A stretch of DNA of 64,000 bases. Source: Octopus vulgaris (taxonomy: Eukaryota). Made by a program: the position numbers and the translations under genes. This document shows, piece by piece, positions 55,342 through 64,000 of the stretch (the stretch's first letter is position 1; each line of letters opens with the position of its first letter). The notes beneath the pieces were generated by a model. It was not told the origin of the DNA and ran no database searches. It saw only the letters and a list, made by a program, of their open reading frames with translations. Location: contig OX597818.1 in NCBI GenBank assembly GCA_951406725.2, forward strand, positions 20,708,001-20,772,000, read 5' to 3'.

Positions 55342-55405
55342 CTGATAAGTCTGGGCGGAAATGACGTCAGCTATATTGAGAATAAGAACGGAAGTCTTCC
55401 CAGAC
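55342..55405 (+). promoter_or_regulatory. Cluster of GATA, ETS-CRE composite and ETS motifs
   Basis: ctgataag, GCGGAAATGACGTCA (55355-55369) and ACGGAAGT (55388-55395). Confidence 0.3.
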
Positions 55406-55630
55406 AAAAATGAAAAACGAATTATTCAATTAAGAAAAGATGCGTGTGTGTGACTGTGTATGCATATGTGTCTGTGTGTAGAATGTATGACTGTATGCTT
55501 ATATATATATACACATATATATGTGAGTATGTATGTATATATGTATGTATGTTCATATATCTATGAATACATATAATTGAATATACACATATGTATTTTT
55601 GTATAGAAAATCCCATATTTACAAATATGC

Positions 55631-55683
<53 letters not shown>

Positions 55684-55756
55684 CATACATATTTGTGTGT
55701 GTGTAAATATATACATGCATATACGTATATGCATGCATAGAAAAGTAACCCCATCT

Positions 55757-55853
<97 letters not shown>

Positions 55854-56678
55854 GTATGTATGCGTGTGTGTGCGTGTAAATAAATATGTGCATAAAACAT
55901 ATAATAGATGCATACATTCATACATACACGCGGAAATACATGCAAATGCACAAACATACATTGCACGAAGGTCGCATGTATGTGTGTATATAAGTATAGA
56001 TATAGATATACTTACGGTATGTGCATGTGTGTTCTGTTGCCTTTAATGAGTTTTCCATTCGCAACTGCATCTCTTTCATCCTGCAACCCTTATCTAATTT
56101 AATCACCACTGATCAATGGCCATGAAAGACCCACGGAGGTGTAGGGTGGCTTGCTGGAGAAGGGTCGGCTGTTTGCATTTGTGCTGTATGATGGGGTAGA
56201 GCGTGCCGGGGGTTGTAATGTGTGCTGATGGTGATGATGATGGTAGTCGTGGTAGTGTTTGTGTTATTGTTGTTGTTGTTGGTGGTGGTGGTGGTAGTGA
56301 TGGTGTTGGTGATAATGATGTTGATGATGATGATGGCGGTGGTGAGGTGTTTGTGGAAGGAAAGATTGTATTCATGGTAATAGTAGTAATGCTGGGTTTA
56401 TGTTGACATAAAGTCGCTGTTGCTGCTGCTGGTGTGGGTCGGTGAAGGTTGTTTGATGGTAATCATGATAGTGGTGTTAGTGTGTTTACAATGGTAATAG
56501 TAACTGTGTTGGTGATGTAGGCGGCGGCGGTGGTGGTAGTTGTGGTGGTTTTGGCGGCGATGATGGCGAGACTAGTAGCAATGGTGTTATGGGTGACGAC
56601 CGTGACAAAGTATTCGCATTGCTGCGAGATGTACCGAAACTCAGTGATATTTGATCAAAGGAACTACCTGGACATCTG

Positions 56679-56914
56679 GGCGAGCTGGCAGAAACGTTAG
56701 CACGCCGGGCGAAGTGCTTTGCGGCATTTCGTCTGCCGCTACGTTCTGAGTTCAAATTCCGCCGAGGTCGACTTTGCCTTTCATCCTTTCGGGGTCGATA
56801 AATTAAGTACCAGTTACGCACTGGGGCCGATGTAATCGACTTAATCCGTTTGTCTGTCCTTGTTTGTCCCCTCTGTGTTTAGCCCCTTGTGGGTAGTAAA
56901 GAAATAGGTATTTT
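56679..56914 (+). mobile_element. SINE family B, near full length
   Basis: ggcgagctggcagaaacg...aaagaaataggtattt. Confidence 0.9.
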
Positions 56915-56980
56915 TCCAGGCACGAGTACTGTTAACGGAATTGTACCCTTAAAACCCTTTAGCATTCCCATTGTTTCATA

Positions 56981-57435
<455 letters not shown>

Positions 57436-57619
57436 TAGTATCTACTGTAATGCTGACGGATTCATATTGTTTTGAATTGATTAGACATGATTTTTGTAGC
57501 TTCAAGATTTTGATGATGCAATTATTTATTTTTAGAGTGACATTGTAAATTAGGTACGAGAGGATGAATCTGGCCAGTTTCAACATACAACAATGTACAT
57601 ACATACATACATACATACA

Positions 57620-57653
<34 letters not shown>

Positions 57654-57689
57654 CATACATACATACATACTTACATACATGCATACATA

Positions 57690-57770
57690 AGTCAAACTAA
57701 TCCGTGTTTTCCAAATACACAAAACCAGTCGTAGAGTTAAAATTTGCAAAACGTTCCAGACATCCTCCGC
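57690..57770 (+). mobile_element. Diverged C-terminal fragment of an RLE LINE after (CATA)n
   Basis: KLIRVFQIHKTSRRVKICKTFQ, a plausible continuation of KLIKKL in the 39 kb copy. Confidence 0.4.
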
Positions 57771-57850
57771 GTGAGTTTCTCCGTGTTAAACATGTGAAAA
57801 TCATGTAAAATACTCGAGGGACTCTCATGTGAAGTTCTTCCGCCAGACAT

Positions 57851-58076
57851 TCTTTTCTTTTCTCTTCTTTTATTCTTTTATTTGTTTCAGTCATTTGACT
57901 GCGGCCATGCTGGAGCACCGCCTTTAGTCGAACAAATCAACCCCGGAACTTATTCTTATTAAGCCTAGTACTTATTTTATCGGTCTCTTTTTGCCGAACC
58001 GCTAAGTTACGGGGACGTAAACACACCAGCATCGTTTGTCAAGTGATGGTGGGGGGACAAACACAGACATACAACA

Positions 58077-58133
<57 letters not shown>

Positions 58134-58305
58134 TATATATACGACGGGCTTCTTTCAGTTTCCGTCTACCAAATCCACTCACAAGACTTTGGTCGACCCG
58201 AGGCTATAGTAGAAGACACTTGCCCAACGTGCCACGCAGTGGGACTGAACCCGGAAACATGTGGTTCGTAAGCAAGCTACTTACCACACAGCCACTCCTG
58301 CGCCT
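57851..58305 (-). mobile_element. SINE family A, full length
   Basis: Reverse complement is colinear with 56981-57435. Confidence 0.9.
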
Positions 58306-58469
58306 GTATACATATCCTTATATACATAAGTATGAACACAGAAAGACTTGCATACTAAAGTGTAAAACGTGTGAGACGAATACCCAGCATGCAAATGCAA
58401 ATCTCCCATGAGCACAACCACATTATTACATACGTATCAGCCGATTCAGATGACCTCTTTTCCCCTGGC

Positions 58470-58797
58470 ATTCCGTCAGTTACGACGACGATAATCCGAT
58501 GATTCGAGTTGATCCGATCAACGGAACAACCTGCTCCTGAAATTAACCTGCAAGTGGCTGAGTACTCCACAGGCACGCGTACCCTTAACGTTGCTTTCAG
58601 GCAGATTCAGCGTGACGCAGAATGTGACAAGGCTGGCCCTTTTGAATTACATGTACTACTCATTTTTATCAGCTGAGTGAATTCAAGCAACGTGAACTAA
58701 AGTGTCTTGCTCAAGGACACAACGCACCGCCGGAAATCGAACTCACGACCTTACAATCGTGAGCCGAATACCCTAACCATTAAACCACGCGTCTTCA
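58470..58797 (-). mobile_element. Chimeric SINE: family E head plus family D tail
   Basis: 58470-58650 matches 16015-16195; 58668-58797 matches 16740-16874. Confidence 0.85.
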
Positions 58798-58894
58798 TAC
58801 TAAGTCCCATACCTGTCTTAACTGAAACAAAAGAGCCTTGCCACTTCCTAGTGGCCAGCTTGAATTCTCCAAATGAAACAAAAAAAAAACTTAA

Positions 58895-59053
58895 GGAGTG
58901 GCTGTGTGGTAAGTAGCTTGCTAACCAACCACATGGTTCCGGGTTCAGTCCCACTGCGTGGCATCTTGGGCAAGTGTTTTCTGCTATAGCCCCGGGCCGA
59001 CCAATGCCTTGTGGGTGGATTTGGTAGACGGAAACTGAAAGAAGCCTGTCGTA

Positions 59054-59109
<56 letters not shown>

Positions 59110-59299
59110 GTGTGTGTGTATATGTTTGTGTGTCTGTGTTTGTCCCCCTAGCATTGCTTGACAACCGATGCTGGTGTGTTTATGTCCCCGTCACTTAGCG
59201 GTTCGGCAAAAGAGACCGATAGAATAAGTACTAAAGGCGGTGCTCCAGCATGGCCGCAGTCAAATGACTGAAACAAGTAAAAGAGAAAAGAGAAAGAGA
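58895..59299 (+). mobile_element. SINE family A with a ~40-bp internal deletion
   Basis: Nearly identical to 1502-1911 but gaataagta is joined directly to ctaaaggcgg. Confidence 0.9.
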
Positions 59300-59689
59300 A
59301 ATCTCAAATAAAACCATAAAAGTTTCCAGACATTCAAGTTTATAAAAATGATTTCATACATTCACACACATGCGCATGTATTTCAACTTCTTTATATAAA
59401 TTACATGACTGTGGAACGGAAACATAGTTAGTCATAGCTTAATTGATATAAGATATAAATTAAACATGTGTCTGACTGTCTGTGTGTATTTATACAAATA
59501 TGGAGAAATGCAACAAAATCTTCCGATGGGGATTGTGCTGGTATTTTTACTTAAAAGGAAAACGCAAATAAAATATATGACAAAACCAATATCTATTGAA
59601 TCCACAGCATAATCATGCGACATTTGGATTGTTGCGACACCGAATTTCAAAACGTGATCAAAAAAAAAATGGTGTCCACGTATATAATA

Positions 59690-59744
<55 letters not shown>

Positions 59745-59750
<6 letters not shown>

Positions 59751-60297
59751 TAAAATCCGTCCTGTCTGTCTGTGTATGTGTCTTCTAGGATCTCAGGTAT
59801 CTTCCATCCGATTGCGCTCAAATTTGATATGTAGATACCGACGGTATCAGGGCGTGTATAAGTCTTGAAAATTTTGCAAAAATCGATTCCAGGGGAGAAT
59901 GCAATCGATAAAACCGTGGGATCGTGCATTTGTACGCGCAAGTACATCAGCTGTTGCAATCGATACTACGCGTACGCGAGAAAAGTGCACGTGCAGTTTG
60001 CACAAAAAAAAGCCGGCTGGCTTGAAATAATGCCACAAAATACCGTATATTTAAGAGACCAAAAAAGTAAGATGCAAAAGAGATATTTTCTTCAAACTTG
60101 GCATGAAGGAAGGAAAGACTATTTGGTTTCTCAAGAAGTATTGTTTTTCTTTTGCCTTAACTTCGTTTAACAAAACCAAAAATTTTATTAAAATAAAGGC
60201 ATGCTTAATTATTTTTTAAGGGAAAAAAAAATACTGATTTCTTTTTATTCAGCAGATATGATTCAGCACCGTCCATTGGACGGGGGGCGTTTTGCTC

Positions 60298-60298
<1 letters not shown>
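59745..60298 (+). mobile_element. Helitron-like non-autonomous element in (TA)n
   Basis: 5' tataaaatccgtcctgtctgtctgt; 3' hairpin ccgtcca-t-tggacgg followed by ctcg|t (variant of CTRR). Confidence 0.6.
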
Positions 60299-60367
<69 letters not shown>

Positions 60368-60379
60368 TTATTTATATAT

Positions 60380-60512
60380 AAAAAAATACAAAATGGGACA
60401 AGAACGCAAAGCATTCAAATAGACGATACAAAAAGCGGACGGGTCATTCGAAGCCTCTAATCTTCAGTCAAGAACCGGATCATCCTCGCAATTTCGGCTG
60501 ATTAATCTTGAT
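60380..60512 (-). mobile_element. Penelope-like terminal fragment
   Basis: Minus strand cagccgaaattgc...ctgaagattagaggcttcgaatgacccgtcc; homologous pieces at 26310-26350 and 36782. Confidence 0.45.
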
Positions 60513-61155
60513 ATATATATATTGTAACTCAATGAGCTGAATGTATGCTTGTGACAGTACAGAAATACATGAATCAGTTCGTGTGTTTGTGCACACTTTG
60601 ATTTATGTGAGTATTACTGTTTTGCGTGTTTTTGTTCTCGGAAACTGCGTCATTTCAAGAAAAGCGTAGATACAAATTGCAGATTGTCTGCATGTATGTA
60701 TGTATATATGTATCTATGTGTATATGTGTGCTTGCGCGCGTTTTGCTTCTCAACACTTATGTACATATTTCTGTATGCATATGTGTGAGTAGTACGTAAT
60801 ACTGTGCATGTGTGTGTGTGTGTTGTGAATAACTTCTGTAAAAACTATGTTATTTTGTGTCTTCCCTGCGAATGCACAACTTAATCACAAATATATGTAA
60901 ATACTTATCTTCATATTTATATGCGTGTCTTCACGAAAATACACACAAAACCCCAAAATCTATGCATATAGGAATATATACTTATATGTGTGTGTCCGAG
61001 TGTATATGTGTGTGTATACGTATAGATATAAAAGTGTATGAAAGTTACAAGTACGAATAAACGATAGCATTTGCTAACATACATTTGCAGATATATTTAA
61101 GCGTTAGTGCAATATCTATTAATACATTCATATACAAACCTACATGCATGCATGC

Positions 61156-61186
<31 letters not shown>

Positions 61187-61637
61187 CATACATACATACA
61201 TACATACATACATACATACATACATACATACATAAGAATCAACGCATATGCTGGACTTCGATAACCTCTCAGTAGGTCTAGCATATAGATAAAAATTGTA
61301 CGAGCACTTTTAATTCAGACAGACACACTATTTAACCGACGAATTTTTTCGAGCGTTCCATAACACTGTCTGGAATGAGCATCAGGGTCAGACGGGCTAA
61401 AAGGTTATCAAATGCCATTACTCTTCTCATTAAAAAAAAAATTTGAAGTCAAATTGCCCAGCTAAATTTTACCGCCCAATAGACTGCCAGAGTACCATAT
61501 AGAAGACATACCGACAGCGAACATTTCACCTCGAAAGCTGTCTCAATACAGTATGAGAGGGAAGAAAGCCTCACTAAATATCTTCTACATAACACATCGA
61601 TTGACAACTGTAGGCTATGTAGAGACATAACTGACGG

Positions 61638-61957
61638 ACACTCCGTCTGTTACGACGACGAGGGTTCGAGTTGATCCGATCAACAGAACACCCTGCTCGC
61701 GAAATTAACGCGCAAGTGGCTGAGCACTCCACAGACACGCGTACCCTTAACATAGTTCTCAGGGATATTCGGGATGAGACGGGGTATGACAAGGCTGGCC
61801 TTTTGAAATACAGGTACTACTCATTTTTTTTCCACCTGAGTGGACTGGATCAACGTGAAATAAAGAGTCTTGCTCAAGGACACAACGCAACGCCGGAAAT
61901 TGAACTCACGACCTTACGATTGTGAGCCGAATACCCTAAGCACTAAGCCACGCGCTT
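61638..61957 (-). mobile_element. Chimeric SINE: family E head plus family D tail
   Basis: Same architecture as 58470-58797. Confidence 0.85.
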
Positions 61958-62084
61958 TCGTTTATGTCGAGACTTAAACGAAAACATTAACCTCACAATA
62001 AGTAAATGTGAGAGATATTACCATCTCATGATAGCCAGTACAATCAATCTACAACAGAGTGGGAAAGAATTTTTATTTTTCTAA

Positions 62085-62263
62085 TCCAGCAACAAGGTCA
62101 GCCAATCTTTGAAGGAAGGGAGAAAGTCGATACCATCGTCTCTAGAGAAATGAAATACAAAGTTGATGTAAGTGAATATTGAACTCAGAAGATAACAGAT
62201 CGGAGTAAATACTGCAAAACATTTGTTTCTCAACGCTCTAACATTTCTGTCCGTTCGCCGCCT
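62085..62263 (-). mobile_element. SINE family B', diverged
   Basis: caaagttga...gaactcagaa...cgccgcc. Confidence 0.55.
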
Positions 62264-62322
62264 TGTGAGAAAGGGCAAAATCACATAAGAACAAACACTA
62301 CTATATATATATATAGTAGTGT

Positions 62323-62356
<34 letters not shown>

Positions 62357-62359
62357 CTA

Positions 62360-62517
62360 CAGACTTCTTCCAGTTTCCATCTACCAAATCCACTCACAAA
62401 GCTCTGGTCAGTCCGAGGCTATAGTAGAAGATGTCCAAGGTGCCACGCAGTGGGACTGAACCCGGAACCATGTGGTTGGGAGCAAGCTTTTTTACCACAC
62501 AGCCACTCCTGCGCCTA
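62360..62517 (-). mobile_element. SINE family A, 5' half
   Basis: ctaccaaatccactcacaa...cacagccactcctgcgcct. Confidence 0.85.
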
Positions 62518-62520
62518 CAT

Positions 62521-62593
<73 letters not shown>

Positions 62594-62728
62594 ATATATA
62601 CGTCTATATAAATATATATATGTATATACATACACACATACGCGTGTATGTATGCATACATACACCTACATATATTATTTGTGAGCATGTGTGTCTGTGT
62701 TTGTGTGTGTGTGTGTGTCTATGTGTGC

Positions 62729-62761
<33 letters not shown>

Positions 62762-62862
62762 TGTATTAGTTCGTTTGTCCGCCTCTCTATATTACACATA
62801 CTTTCTTGTCACGTTTTGATGTTTCACTATGGCTGCCTCGAGCATCCATTTTATTTTTATAG

Positions 62863-62955
62863 TTTCTCGAATTAACGTCACCAAACCAGTCACCGTTGTT
62901 CTGTCGTCGATCTTCGGAGACGCTGAGACAGTCACGTTCATTCTTTTTGATAAAT
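62863..62955 (+). CDS. Candidate 93-nt internal exon, phase 1-1 (SRINVTKPVTVVLSSIFGDAETVTFILFDK)
   Basis: Acceptor ttttatttttatag; open frame; GC/CpG-richer unique sequence; weak donor aaat|gttagg; protein not recognised. Confidence 0.4.
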
Positions 62956-63481
62956 GTTAGGAAGATTTATAGATAGATAAGTGACAGTTAGGGAAGATAG
63001 ATAAATACATATACATAATACGTATAAACACGAAGATTGAGGTGGGACGGAAGAGAGAGTACAGAGAAAGAAGAATGTATAGTTAAGCTTATTCATATAT
63101 GTACATATATATATATATAGCCACGTCTATATTCGTTGCTTCTGATTTTGTAATCTAATAGATTAGATTTTCTTGCGCTGGTAAATTTTGCATTGAAATT
63201 GGATTTCGTATTGAAAAGGTAAGAATTAAATTTTAAATTCTTCACAAAACTTTTCTATTGGGAACACGTGAAACTATAGGAAAACAACTATTATATATGT
63301 ATATATATATATATACGCGCGCGTGTATGTGTGTGTTTATAGATAGATAATAAACAGACAAGTAGATACTTCTATATACAAGCACACACACATCTACATA
63401 CATATACACACACACACACACACACACAACCACACACGTATACATATGTATATATGCACACATATGCATGTAAATGTATGT

Positions 63482-63564
<83 letters not shown>

Positions 63565-63924
63565 GAAGAAGAAAATTTTAAAACGAAAAAAATATTCTGG
63601 ATAATTTGACATTTGGGTTTTTATTCTTAATTTATTTTCCTGTTCCTCGTTATTTTCATTTTAATGCAATTTTTTAATCTCATTTACTTCTCATCTAAAT
63701 TTATTTTTGCGGAAAACGAAGAGTGGGGTAAATATAATGAATTTTAAAACAACTGCTTCAAACTTTTACACTAGGTGACGCATGTTTGGTTTAGTGGGAG
63801 TAGGCGGCACACATCTACTGGACTAATCTTTCGGGAACCCAGACTGATGAAGGGCAATTTAATAGTTCATCGCAGTTTAGAACCAAGATAACAAAACGTA
63901 AATATTTACGGTCGCAGGGACGGC

Positions 63925-64000
63925 AGTATTGTAAAAGCACTCGCTTTGCAACCATGTGGTCTTGGGTTCAGTCCTACTGTGCAACATCTTGGGGAAGTGT
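63925..64000 (+). mobile_element. SINE family A head, runs off the window
   Basis: caaccatgtggtcttgggttcagtcctactg...tcttggggaagtgt. Confidence 0.7.

Overview
Eukaryotic, AT-rich, extremely microsatellite- and SINE-dense window, probably intronic or intergenic. The repeat families and simple-repeat load look like a coleoid cephalopod, probably Octopus (inference from memory, not a database result). No long protein-coding gene is supported: almost all supplied ORFs are translations of (TA)n, (CA)n, (CATA)n, (GATA)n and trinucleotide tracts. Supported content: at least four tRNA-headed SINE families with swapped head/tail modules and clear target-site duplications (TSDs); hAT, mariner and Tc2/pogo-type MITEs; two Helitron-like elements; a decayed R4/Dong-type LINE; a ~540 bp repeat found next to (AAT)n; and a restriction-like-endonuclease (RLE) LINE 3' end found in (CATA)n. 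The most interesting signal is a set of minimal type-I hammerhead ribozyme motifs from unrelated Penelope-like/retrozyme-like repeats, the best at 24738-24825 (-). Other candidates are a 93-nt phase-1 exon, a 6-nt microexon, a decayed foldback element and a few regulatory motifs. Family letters A-G are local labels. Coordinates were read by eye and may be off by a few bases.
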